Part shown: in pieces, positions 9,329-18,384 of the stretch | How positions within the stretch are numbered: position 1 is the stretch's first letter | How the letters are laid out: every line of letters starts with the position of its first letter | Virus record (IMG/VR): IMGVR_UViG_3300024309_000094 | Span: 1-36,446 of that record | Reading direction: 5' to 3' (one strand) | Source of the DNA: a virus | Lineage: Duplodnaviria > Caudoviricetes | Length of the DNA stretch: 36,446 bases | Notes under the pieces: generated by a model | The model's database searches: none | What the model saw: the letters and a program-made list of their open reading frames with translations, nothing else | Told to the model about the DNA's origin: nothing | Program-made: the position numbers and the translations under genes

Positions 9329-9799
9329 ATGCGCAAGGCCGACAGTCTGCGGCAATGGCTGACCGCCTATCTGCCCGAATATAAGACACATCCCGATCGG
9401 CTGCATGTCTGGATTGAGGGCGGCCAGGTGGAGGCACGCCGATCGCGCACGCTCTCCTTCACCTATCGCTACACCTTGAAGGTCGGCCTTTGGGAATTTG
9501 CCGGCAACGCTGATCACATCATCGTGCCGCTGCTCGCCTGGATCGAGAAGGAACAGCCACAGCTGCTGCGCCGCGACGACAGCCAGCCTTTCGGCTTCGA
9601 ATGCGAGTTGCTCGACGGCGATCTGTCCGACGTGCTGATCTCGATCGACCTTACCGAAGCTGTGGTGGTGACGCCCAACCAGGCCGGCACTGGCTATGAC
9701 ATCCAGCATACGCCGGAAGTCGGCCTGGTCGATAGCTTCGCCGGCGTCACTGCCTCGTTCGCCTCGATCGTCGCCAATGGCGAGGATATCGCGCCGTGA
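9329..9799 (+). CDS. gpR: Tail completion protein, P2 gpR
   Basis: MRKADSLRQWL, PDRLHVWIEGG, SFTYRYTL and PLLAWIEKEQPQL. Confidence 0.92.
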   Translation: MRKADSLRQWLTAYLPEYKTHPDRLHVWIEGGQVEARRSRTLSFTYRYTLKVGLWEFAGNADHIIVPLLAWIEKEQPQLLRRDDSQPFGFECELLDGDLSDVLISIDLTEAVVVTPNQAGTGYDIQHTPEVGLVDSFAGVTASFASIVANGEDIAP

Positions 9800-10467
9800 G
9801 CGATGATTTGGAGGAACTGGAGCGGCTTGCCGGTTCGCTGCTGCGCAGCCTGGGCGCGTCACAGCGCCGCATGATCCTGCGCCGCATGGGCCGCGATCTT
9901 GCTCAGGCCAACCGGGCGCGCGTCGCTGCCCAGCGTGATCCTGCCGGCGCGGCATTCGAACCGCGCAAGACGAAGGCGCAGCCGGTCACCGGGCGCGGCG
10001 CGACCTGCTTCCTTTATCCCTCGGGCGGCGGCGGTTCGCCGCGCCGCGTGATCATGAAAAGCTTCACCTGGGGCAGCAACCGGATGATGACCGGCTTCGA
10101 TATCGAGGCGGGCGCGATCCGATCCTTTGAATTTTCCAAGGTGATCAAATGGCTGCCGGTGCCGCAAGAACATCGCAACCGCACTGGCGGCACGCTGCGC
10201 CGACGTGGCGGCTTGCGGCGCAAAGCCATGTTCCGCCGCCTTGCCTCAGGCAAATATCTGCGCAGCCAGGCCGATGATCGCGGTTTCTGGGTCGGCTTCT
10301 CGGGAAAGGCATCGGCGATCGCCTCGATCCACCATTATGGCCTGCGCGATAAGCCGTCCCCGCGCGCCCAGGCGATGGGCTATCCTCGGCGTGAACTGAT
10401 CGGCGCCGATGCCGCCGATCGCGAACATATGCTGGACCTGCTCTACGGTCATTTGATCGACGCCTGA
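9796..10467 (+). CDS. gpS: Virion morphogenesis/tail completion protein, P2 gpS, with an internal ~70-aa insertion
   Basis: RVAAQRDPAGAAFEPRK, MFRRL, IASIHHYGLRD and YPRRELIG; 223 aa versus about 150 for P2 gpS. Confidence 0.9.
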   Translation: MSDDLEELERLAGSLLRSLGASQRRMILRRMGRDLAQANRARVAAQRDPAGAAFEPRKTKAQPVTGRGATCFLYPSGGGGSPRRVIMKSFTWGSNRMMTGFDIEAGAIRSFEFSKVIKWLPVPQEHRNRTGGTLRRRGGLRRKAMFRRLASGKYLRSQADDRGFWVGFSGKASAIASIHHYGLRDKPSPRAQAMGYPRRELIGADAADREHMLDLLYGHLIDA

Positions 10468-10500
10468 TGGCCACTGCAAGCCAGTGAACTAGGCAACGAG

Positions 10501-11016
10501 CTATATTCCTGACGCCGATCCGCGCGCCTTCTTGGTTTTCGCCGTGGGACTAAAGCTTTTCGGAACAGCAGCTTCTTTAGCTTGCTTCGGGCGATCCACT
10601 GGGCCGGCCCCATCCCGCGTCTGCTTTCGCGCCGCGCGTTTGCTCTCCACGATCATTGGGTAATCATCTGGGAGACCCCATTTGGCCCGATACTCGTCAG
10701 GCGTCATCTGAAACCATCTCATCAGATAAGGACGCAACCGTTTGGTCGTCTTCCCATCTTCCAGACAAATAAGCCAGTCTCGGTTCATTGACTCGCTTAT
10801 CGGCACCGCTGGTTGCACTGGCTTGATCGGAGGAGCAGGCTTTAAGATACGCGGTATAGTTTTAATTGGAATGGGTAATTTCATCAATGCGCCATGCACA
10901 TTCTCGATCAGAGATGCCATGTCCTTGATCGATACCGTATTGTTACGGACATATCCCGCCACAATTTCCGCAGTAAGTTTAATTAGGCGGTCATTTTCAC
11001 GAAGCGGCTCTGTCAT
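10501..11016 (-). CDS. mucR: MucR/Ros-family regulator, divergent (cargo gene)
   Basis: LTAEIVAGYVRNN..LIENVHGAL, PAVPISESM, LICLEDGK and MTPDEYRAKWGLPDDYPM; AT-richer and opposite to the late genes. Confidence 0.88.
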   Translation of the reverse strand: MTEPLRENDRLIKLTAEIVAGYVRNNTVSIKDMASLIENVHGALMKLPIPIKTIPRILKPAPPIKPVQPAVPISESMNRDWLICLEDGKTTKRLRPYLMRWFQMTPDEYRAKWGLPDDYPMIVESKRAARKQTRDGAGPVDRPKQAKEAAVPKSFSPTAKTKKARGSASGI

Positions 11017-11130
11017 CTGGGGACCCCGCAAATTGGTGCGAATAGAGCTAAATAACTTCGGACTACATCTAAATTATCTCGTCCATCGCGCAACGAAAGT
11101 GTGCTGATATAGCCCCATTCTAGAATCGGT

Positions 11131-11157
11131 CATATGGAGAGGCGGCCTCTCCATATG
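11131..11157. promoter_or_regulatory. Perfect palindrome, copy 2; putative late-activator site upstream of J
   Basis: CATATGGAGAGGC-G-GCCTCTCCATATG. Confidence 0.75.
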
Positions 11158-11200
11158 CGCCCCATGGCCATGCGCCCGATGTCTCAACGACATGGGCTTC

Positions 11201-12196
11201 ATGGCCGATGCAACCTTCACCGCTGTCGATCTGTCGCGCCTTCCCTCGCCCGACGTGGTCGAACTGCTCGATTTCGAAACCATCATGGATGCCGCCGTCG
11301 CGCGCATGCAGACCCTGATGCCCGATTTCGTCAGCCGTGAAAGCGATCCGGCAACCAAGCAGCTGCTGGTGCTGTCCTATTTCGTGCAGATGCTGCGCCA
11401 GCGTATCAACGATGCCGCCCGCGCCGTGATGCCCGCCCATGCGGTCGGCGCCGACCTCGACAATCTGGCGGCCGTCTTCGGCATTCCCCGTCTCACCATC
11501 ACCCCGGCCAACGATGCCACCGGCGCGGCGGCCGTGATGGAAAGCGATGCCGATTTCCGCCGGCGCATGGTCATGGCGCCCGAAGGCTACACAGTGGCGG
11601 GGCCGGTCGGCGCCTATATCTTCCATGCGCTCACGGCCGATGCGGACGTACTGGACGCCAGCGCCATGTCGCCCAAGCCCGACAGCATCCGCCAGCTGGT
11701 GCAGTCGGTGCTGGCCGATCATGACGCCTCGACCGACCTGCGCACCGCCATGGCGGCGGCGCTCGATGCCGCGATCTGGCCTGGCACTGTCATCGTTTCC
11801 ATCCTGTCGCGCTCAGGTAATGGCGAAGCCGCTGCAGACCTCTCCGCCCGCGTCGAAGCCCATCTGGACGATGACAGTGTTCGGCCGCTGACCGACTATG
11901 TCACGGTGCGATCGGCCGAAATCGTGACCTTCGACATCGCCGCCGCCGTGACGACCTTTCGTGGCCCCGATGCCAGCGTTGTGCTGGCTGCCGCGCGCGC
12001 GAAGCTGGACGCCTATATTGCCGACAGCCATCGCCTGGGCCGCGACATCACGCGATCCGGCATCATCGCGGCGCTGCATGTCGAAGGTGTGCAGAATGTG
12101 GCGCTGGCGTCGCCGGCGGCGGACATCGTCCTGGATCAGTCGCAGGCGCCCTACTGCACCGGCATCACCATCAACCACGCGGGCACGGGAGAATGA
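11201..12196 (+). CDS. gpJ: Baseplate protein, P2 gpJ (alternative start 11192)
   Basis: VDLSRLPSPDVVELLDFE, LRQRINDAARAVM, ESDADFRRR, TVAGPVGAYIFHAL and VRPLTDYVTV. Confidence 0.94.
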   Translation: MADATFTAVDLSRLPSPDVVELLDFETIMDAAVARMQTLMPDFVSRESDPATKQLLVLSYFVQMLRQRINDAARAVMPAHAVGADLDNLAAVFGIPRLTITPANDATGAAAVMESDADFRRRMVMAPEGYTVAGPVGAYIFHALTADADVLDASAMSPKPDSIRQLVQSVLADHDASTDLRTAMAAALDAAIWPGTVIVSILSRSGNGEAAADLSARVEAHLDDDSVRPLTDYVTVRSAEIVTFDIAAAVTTFRGPDASVVLAAARAKLDAYIADSHRLGRDITRSGIIAALHVEGVQNVALASPAADIVLDQSQAPYCTGITINHAGTGE

Positions 12197-12906
12197 GCGC
12201 CGTTTCCATCCTGCCGCCGCGCTCGACGCCCCTGCAGAAGGCGCTGGAGCGCGTCACGGCCGACATGCTCGACCTGCCGGTCGAACTGCGCAAACTCTGG
12301 TCGCCGGCTCAGTGCCCGGCCTCGCACCTTCCCTGGCTCGCCTGGGGCCTGTCCGTCGATATCTGGGATGCCAGCTGGTCCGAAGCGATGAAACGCGCGG
12401 CCGTCGCCGACGCCATCGCCTTCCAGCGGCGCAAGGGCACGCGCGGCACGCTGCGCACCGCGCTCGATCGGTTCGATGCCCTGATCAAGATTGTCGAATG
12501 GCATGAGGACCGCGAGACGCTTGATCCCCACCATTTCCGCCTGGAACTGCCGCTGCTCGCGATCAGCGACATCGTCTATGACGAAGAACTGATCAGCCAG
12601 ATTTTGCGGGACATCGCCCAGGTGAAGCCCGCGCGGTCGCAAATGCAGGTGGCCTATCGCCTTCGTGCAGAAGCCCGGACCTGGCTTTTGTCCGCTGCCA
12701 AGGCCGGCGGCCTAACCCGCCTCGACGCTCAAGCCGATCAGACCAGCGCCCTCAATCCGGCCTGGTCGACCTTTCTGCAGACCAAGGATGGCGAGCCGAT
12801 CCTCGCCCTCGACGGCAGCTTCCTGATCATCGCTTCCCTGCTGGGCCTCGAAACGGGCGGCTCCCGCCTGCTGGAGAGCGGCGGCAGGCTCATGCTGGAG
12901 AATTGA
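12193..12906 (+). CDS. gpI: Baseplate/tail protein, P2 gpI, with a C-terminal extension
   Basis: SILPPRSTPLQKALE, LWSPAQCPASHLPWLAWGLSVDIWD, RRKGT and KPARS. Confidence 0.93.
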   Translation: MSAVSILPPRSTPLQKALERVTADMLDLPVELRKLWSPAQCPASHLPWLAWGLSVDIWDASWSEAMKRAAVADAIAFQRRKGTRGTLRTALDRFDALIKIVEWHEDRETLDPHHFRLELPLLAISDIVYDEELISQILRDIAQVKPARSQMQVAYRLRAEARTWLLSAAKAGGLTRLDAQADQTSALNPAWSTFLQTKDGEPILALDGSFLIIASLLGLETGGSRLLESGGRLMLEN

Positions 12907-12908
12907 CT

Positions 12909-14657
12909 ATGGCCGACATCACATCGGGCCTGCTCGACCGCAAGGCGTCTGACCTGGTCGAAGCGTCCGAATTGGATGGCGAAGAATTTTGGGCCGGCGT
13001 CCAGGGCGGCGCTGACATCCGGATCAAGACGTCGCAGCTGACCAGCCATATCGCTGAGGTGGTCAAGAGCGACCCGGATATCGGCGCGGAAGGCGCGCGG
13101 CCCTATGCGGAAGCGGCGGCGGCATCAGCGGGCGCGGCGGATGCGTCGCGCATCGCCTCGCAACAGAATGTCGGCCAGGCCACGGTCGAACGGCAGAGCG
13201 CCGAACTGGCGCGGACGCAGGCGCAGGCGGCCGCTGCGGCTGCCGTTGCGGCCGGACCGATCTATGCGAGTGTCGAGGCCGGGCGCGCGGCCGTCGCCGT
13301 CGATGCCCAGTTCCGCTACCTCTCGGCCGATGGCCTGTCGGTCTATGTGGCGACCAAGAACGGCGCCGATGCCTCGACCATCGTCACCGACATACCTTCT
13401 GCGGCCTTTGTGCGCGGGGTGCAGGCTGACCGCGCGAAAGGAGACAATCTGCTCTCCGTTGCGCTGGCGCCAGTCACGGAACGAACCTTCGAGGCGGCGG
13501 ACCTGCCGGCGGTGCGGATCGGTGCGCGGACCATGCAGCCGGATCGGGCCTATTTCGATCTGCGCTATCGCACCGGCATCTGGGAAGACAGCAACCTGCC
13601 CTGGCACGCCGATGGCCGATACGACAATATCTGGCTTCAGACCGAGACGGCCGATCTCGATGTCGAAAGCTGGTATTTCGACCTTCGCCCGCGCTTCGCG
13701 ACCTACAAGGCAACCGGCGCGATCTATCTGCCTATCGCGGCCGCCACGCCGATGCCGCAGATGGAGGCGGAGATAGTCAGCCCGACGCTGATCTATCTCT
13801 ATGTCCGCCAGTTTGATGCCACCTATGTCCGCTGGGCACTGGACCATGCGGTCAACACGGCGATGCGGTGCAACGTCTGGCGCATCGGCGCTTGCCATCA
13901 TGTGGTGCGAAGCGCCTCGGGCTATAGCGTGGTGCAGGAAATCTGCTTCGACGGCGAGAATGACGTCGCGATCCTCTTTCGGCGAACGGACGACACCAAG
14001 AAAAACAAGCCGGACCATATCGGCGGCAAGGCCCATGGCAATGAGGTTCAGACTTTCAGCCGGCTCTTGCTCAACACGGAGGTGCTGGACCCGACCACTG
14101 CGACCGGTCGCTTCGAGGTCAGCTATATCGAACTGATCCAGACCAGCGACATGTTCGACCCCGGCAATGATCCCGATATTCCGGTCTATAATGGCGCGCA
14201 CATCATGTCGCACACCAAGCGGGTCAGGCTCACGTCAGACGGTTGGTGGGAACAATGGAGCCATATCGATCATGTGGTCGAGGGCTTCAAAGTCGCGAAC
14301 GCCTATTTCGGCATGATCTGCCTGGGCTGGGGCACGCGCGGCTATGACGCGGTCCACACGGCGGCGCGGTCCCCGCTCTATGCGCTCGAAGACGTCTCGG
14401 CCAGCTTCGTCGATATCTACACCGCGTCCGATCGCTTCAAGGCCTGGGGCGATGCCTATTCGGCCGAATGGGAGGCGCTCGACGGTTGGACCTTCGATCC
14501 TCCGGGCGAGACCGATCGCGGCCGCAACATCTCCATCAACAGCCGCACCGATCGCCGCAAAATCTACCCCGATTGGTTCGAGGGCCAGGTCACCAGCACC
14601 GCCGTGCCCTGGGGGCCGCACTGCCGCTACCGCGTCACCATCAAGAAGGACAACTGA
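12909..14657 (+). CDS. Putative tail spike/receptor-binding protein 1
   Basis: Follows gpI; N-terminal KASDLVEASELDGEE..VQGG motif, alanine-rich stalk, IYASVEAGRAAV motif and an aromatic beta-rich C-terminal domain. Confidence 0.6.
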   Translation: MADITSGLLDRKASDLVEASELDGEEFWAGVQGGADIRIKTSQLTSHIAEVVKSDPDIGAEGARPYAEAAAASAGAADASRIASQQNVGQATVERQSAELARTQAQAAAAAAVAAGPIYASVEAGRAAVAVDAQFRYLSADGLSVYVATKNGADASTIVTDIPSAAFVRGVQADRAKGDNLLSVALAPVTERTFEAADLPAVRIGARTMQPDRAYFDLRYRTGIWEDSNLPWHADGRYDNIWLQTETADLDVESWYFDLRPRFATYKATGAIYLPIAAATPMPQMEAEIVSPTLIYLYVRQFDATYVRWALDHAVNTAMRCNVWRIGACHHVVRSASGYSVVQEICFDGENDVAILFRRTDDTKKNKPDHIGGKAHGNEVQTFSRLLLNTEVLDPTTATGRFEVSYIELIQTSDMFDPGNDPDIPVYNGAHIMSHTKRVRLTSDGWWEQWSHIDHVVEGFKVANAYFGMICLGWGTRGYDAVHTAARSPLYALEDVSASFVDIYTASDRFKAWGDAYSAEWEALDGWTFDPPGETDRGRNISINSRTDRRKIYPDWFEGQVTSTAVPWGPHCRYRVTIKKDN

Positions 14658-14658
14658 C

Positions 14659-15495
14659 ATGGCGTTTGCCCAAGTCTCCGGCGCCGTATCGGACGGCACC
14701 GGGCCGCAGCTCGATTATCATGCCCTGCGCCTCGCCAACAGGAAGCCACCTGAGTTCCTCGAGAAGGGGATGGTGTGCGACTTCAGCTTTGCGTCATGGG
14801 ATCTTCCAGCAGATCAAAGCCTGGTATCGCAAAACGTCCCCGTGCAGCTGGACACTACCGGCAAGACCGTGTCGCTGCAGGACAATGCCGCCGGCAAATA
14901 TCTCCATATCGCTGCCGGCGGTAAGAACGGCCTGCTGACGCCGGTCGCGGATGCGCGCGAGTGGACCTATGGCGGCCTCTTCCTGCTTGAACCACCGGCG
15001 CCTACCACAGCCTATCACATGTTCGCCGGCTCCGCTTCGCAGACGGCGGCAGAGGGTGGCGAATATCTCTACGCGACGCCGGGCCGGGGCATCAGCCTCA
15101 ATGTGCGCGGCTATGCGTCGAACATCACGGCGGCCACCCTTGCGAACCTTGTCGCGCAGGGCTTTTCCGACACGTCCACCTCGATCTTCCTTTTCGTGGC
15201 GGTCACCTCAAAGCTGACCGGCAATGCGTCGGCGCCGACCGAAACCCAGCACACCCTGTTCGTCGGTGCGTCGGCGCCGCTCAGCAGCAGCGGTGTTGGC
15301 GTCAAAACCCTCTCGACGCTCCAGCGCAAGCTGTCGATCGGCAACGTCCATTACAATGCCGCCAATTTCGATGACATCCCGATCCGCAGTGGGCGCGCGT
15401 TCGCCTGCCTGGGCAGCAAGTCGGTCGAGGAACTGACCGCCATGTATAAGCGGGCAAAGGTCATCGGCGCCCGGCGCGGTCTCAACGTCTTCTGA
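14659..15495 (+). CDS. Putative ConA/LamG-like beta-sandwich tail protein, partner of RBP1
   Basis: Starts 1 nt after the upstream stop; Ser/Thr/Gly-rich beta pattern (FLFVAVTS..HTLFVG..LSIGN) with a terminal helix; fold is inferred. Confidence 0.5.
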   Translation: MAFAQVSGAVSDGTGPQLDYHALRLANRKPPEFLEKGMVCDFSFASWDLPADQSLVSQNVPVQLDTTGKTVSLQDNAAGKYLHIAAGGKNGLLTPVADAREWTYGGLFLLEPPAPTTAYHMFAGSASQTAAEGGEYLYATPGRGISLNVRGYASNITAATLANLVAQGFSDTSTSIFLFVAVTSKLTGNASAPTETQHTLFVGASAPLSSSGVGVKTLSTLQRKLSIGNVHYNAANFDDIPIRSGRAFACLGSKSVEELTAMYKRAKVIGARRGLNVF

Positions 15496-15513
15496 TAGCG
15501 CGAGAGATTTCTG

Positions 15514-16596
15514 ATGGACCCGATCCTCTTCATGATCACCAGCGCGGGCCTCGACGCGCTGGTCAATGCCCAGGCGGGCGGCACGGACCCGATCCGTGTC
15601 GCGTCGCTCGGCATCACCACCAACGCCTTCACCATGGCGCCGACCATCACCAATCTGCCCGGAGAACTCAAACGGATCGACGCGGTCGCGGGCCAGGTAG
15701 TGAGCGAAACGCTCATCCACATGACCGCCCAGGACAACAGCACCGACGCATATGAACTGCGCGGACTGGGCCTCTATCTGTCGGACGGCACCCTCTTCGC
15801 CGTCTACAGCCAGCCCACGCCCCTCTTTCGCAAAGTGTCGATCTCCTTCTTCCTGCTCGCTCTGGACCTTGGTTTCACCAATGGCATCGCCGGCGAGATC
15901 GTCTTTGGCGACACCAGCTTCCTGATGCCGCCCGCCAGCGAGACGGTGAAGGGCGTCGCGGAAATCGCCACCGATGCGGAGGCCGACGCCGGCACTGACG
16001 ACAGCCGCATCATCTCGCCCAAGAAGGCGAGGCGCCTGCTGGATGCGCTGCGCACCGCGCTGACGATCGAGTTCGACGCGGACCTGGCTGCCATGGCCGA
16101 TGGCTTCGACGCGCTGCTGGCGGCACTCACCGCTCGCACCATCACCGGCGCCGGCCTGGTCGGCGGCGGCGGCGATCTATCGGCCAATCGGGTGCTGGGC
16201 GTCGATGCTGCCAGCGCTGCGGAAACCGCCGCCGGGCTTATCGCCAGCAAGGCGGTGACACCGCAGGGTCTGATCGGCGCGCTGACCCAATTGGGCGGAT
16301 GGGACGCCGGCAATGCCCTGTTCCGCATTCCCGGAACCCCGATCATCGTGATGACCGGTGCCATGCGCGCCCTGGTCACGACGGAACTGGCCGCGCCGAT
16401 CGTCTTCCCGGTCGCCTTCCCGAACGCCTGCCTCTGGGTCGGGCCGATCTCCTACATCGCCGCCGACAGCAACGTGCGCGACCTGTTCGTGCAGATGCGC
16501 GAGCGCACACAGACCGGCTTCAACGTCTTCTTCCAGGCCAGCGACGACAACGACAATCGGGCCGATGGCTTCGACTGGATCGCATTGGGATATTGA
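15514..16596 (+). CDS. Short tail fibre, gpH-like
   Basis: N-terminal ITSAGLDALVNA..ELRGLGLYLSDGTLFAVY baseplate-anchoring domain, ASETVKGVAEIATDAE..ISPKK fibre motif with a second degenerate copy, C-terminal IVFPVAFPNACL..WIALGY. Confidence 0.8.
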   Translation: MDPILFMITSAGLDALVNAQAGGTDPIRVASLGITTNAFTMAPTITNLPGELKRIDAVAGQVVSETLIHMTAQDNSTDAYELRGLGLYLSDGTLFAVYSQPTPLFRKVSISFFLLALDLGFTNGIAGEIVFGDTSFLMPPASETVKGVAEIATDAEADAGTDDSRIISPKKARRLLDALRTALTIEFDADLAAMADGFDALLAALTARTITGAGLVGGGGDLSANRVLGVDAASAAETAAGLIASKAVTPQGLIGALTQLGGWDAGNALFRIPGTPIIVMTGAMRALVTTELAAPIVFPVAFPNACLWVGPISYIAADSNVRDLFVQMRERTQTGFNVFFQASDDNDNRADGFDWIALGY

Positions 16597-16597
16597 T

Positions 16598-17047
16598 ATG
16601 GATATCTTCTTCTCCCCCAGCGTCCGCGCCTTCTTCACCCCCGCCCTGCATGGCGAGGCCATGCCGGCGGATGCCGTTGCCATCACTGCCGAAGAGCATC
16701 GCGCCCTGATCGAGGGCCAAAGCCAGGGCCGTGCGATCGCCTGCGACGATGATGGCCGCCCCTGCCTGGCGCCCGTCCCCCGCGTGACGCTGGCCCAGCA
16801 GCGCGCCCGCGCCGTCGCCCGCACCAAGCGCGAGGCAGCGCGCCGGATCGAAGCCATTTCGCCACTCTGGCAGCAGCTGAACGACAGCCGCGCCGACCCG
16901 CAACCGGCGGACGCCGCCGCGCGCTTCGCCGCGATCGACGGCGTGCGCGCAGCCTCGAACGCGATCGAGACGAAGATTGCCGGCCTCTCGGCCGCCAACC
17001 TCGCCGCGCTCGACATCGCCACTCATCCCCTCTGGCCCTCGGAGTAA
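16598..17047 (+). CDS. Tail fibre assembly chaperone-like protein
   Basis: FFSPSVRAFF..HGEAMPADAVAITAEEHRALIEGQSQGRAI..DDGRP and C-terminal WP; follows the fibre gene. Confidence 0.75.
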   Translation: MDIFFSPSVRAFFTPALHGEAMPADAVAITAEEHRALIEGQSQGRAIACDDDGRPCLAPVPRVTLAQQRARAVARTKREAARRIEAISPLWQQLNDSRADPQPADAAARFAAIDGVRAASNAIETKIAGLSAANLAALDIATHPLWPSE

Positions 17048-17049
17048 CC

Positions 17050-18369
17050 ATGCCGCTCATCCAGCAATTGCCGCCGTTCGAGGGCGAACTTACCGGCGAC
17101 GAAACCATCATCGTCGAGGATGGCCAGGCGACCAAGAAAGCGCCGGCTTCGCTGTTCGCGACGGGCACGCAAATCGCGGCGGTCAATGCCCGCGTCGCGC
17201 CGATCGAGGCGGCCACCGGCCATCCCGTCGTCACCAACCTCGCCGAATGGGAAGATATCGAGCTTGATGCCGACGACCGCTTCTCGTCGGGCCGCAAGAG
17301 CGACAACAGCGAATGGGCGGCCAAGAGCCATGCCATCGCCCAGCTGGCCGAACGGCCTTGGTCTTATCCGCATGCCATCGGCGACTGGCGCGAACTGACC
17401 CTGGACGCGGACCAGCGCTTTGTCGTCGGCGTCGATCGCTGGGGCATCCGGTTCGAAGCGCGCGGCGGAGAAATCCTGCCGGTCGGCAATAGCGGCCAGC
17501 TTCTGTGCGCCGTCGCTTATGGTGACAGCACCACCTATGGCGATGAACTGACCGCGCGCAATCCGATGCGCTGGACCACGCTGCTCGGCGCCCAGCTGGG
17601 CATCCCGATCTGGAACCGGGGCGCCAATGGCCAGACGGCCGCCCGGATCACGGCGCGCGCCGGCGGCTATGTCCCGACCCTGACCGTGGCGGGCGGCCTG
17701 ATCCCGGCCAGCGGCGCGGTGTCGCTCAATGCCAGCAGCATTGCCGATTTCCTGTCCAGCTACACCTATGGCGGTCTGTGGGATGTCATGACCGACGACG
17801 GGTCGCGCATTCGCGGCACGCTCGCCCGTGCCGATGGGACCAGCTTCACCTTCACCCGCATAAATCCCGGCACCGCCAAAGCCGCGGCGACCGTCGATCT
17901 CATCTCCATCACTGGGCGCGATGAACTGGCGGCCCATGCGCTTATCGGCATGGGCATCAATGATGAGCCGGTCACCGGCGGCGCCACGGCGCTCGACGAC
18001 ATGAAGGCCCATTATCGCGCTCTCACCAGCGCATGTCGGGGCGGCTTCACCGTCTGGGGTGTCCTCGATCGCGGCTCCGGCGAACCGGCGGGCAACATGA
18101 CCTTCATCCTCGCGCTGGAGGCGATGCTGCGCCAGGAATATGGCCGCGCCTATTGTCCGGTGCGCGCCTATCTCGCCAGCCCGCGCGCGCTGGCCGACGC
18201 CGCCCTGGTCCAGCCAGGCTTCGTCACCACCAGCGACGACATCGACACGGTCGCCGCCGGGCGCACGCCGCTCGCCTTCCGCTTTGGCGGTGTCCATCTC
18301 AATGAACTGGGCCACAAGCTGCAGGCCCGGTTTATGGCCCGCTATCTGCGCGCCCGCTTCACCATCTGA
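17050..18369 (+). CDS. SGNH/GDSL hydrolase-domain tail protein (putative polysaccharide O-deacetylase spike)
   Basis: Block I AYGDSTTYG, block II NRGANGQT, block III GMGIND and block V GGVHLNELGH. Confidence 0.8.
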   Translation: MPLIQQLPPFEGELTGDETIIVEDGQATKKAPASLFATGTQIAAVNARVAPIEAATGHPVVTNLAEWEDIELDADDRFSSGRKSDNSEWAAKSHAIAQLAERPWSYPHAIGDWRELTLDADQRFVVGVDRWGIRFEARGGEILPVGNSGQLLCAVAYGDSTTYGDELTARNPMRWTTLLGAQLGIPIWNRGANGQTAARITARAGGYVPTLTVAGGLIPASGAVSLNASSIADFLSSYTYGGLWDVMTDDGSRIRGTLARADGTSFTFTRINPGTAKAAATVDLISITGRDELAAHALIGMGINDEPVTGGATALDDMKAHYRALTSACRGGFTVWGVLDRGSGEPAGNMTFILALEAMLRQEYGRAYCPVRAYLASPRALADAALVQPGFVTTSDDIDTVAAGRTPLAFRFGGVHLNELGHKLQARFMARYLRARFTI

Positions 18370-18384
18370 TCAGAGGTAAATGCC

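Noticed and set aside
12895-12911. Frameshift fusion of gpI to the downstream RBP
   Set aside because: No slippery heptamer; GGAG upstream of ATG 12909 supports independent initiation
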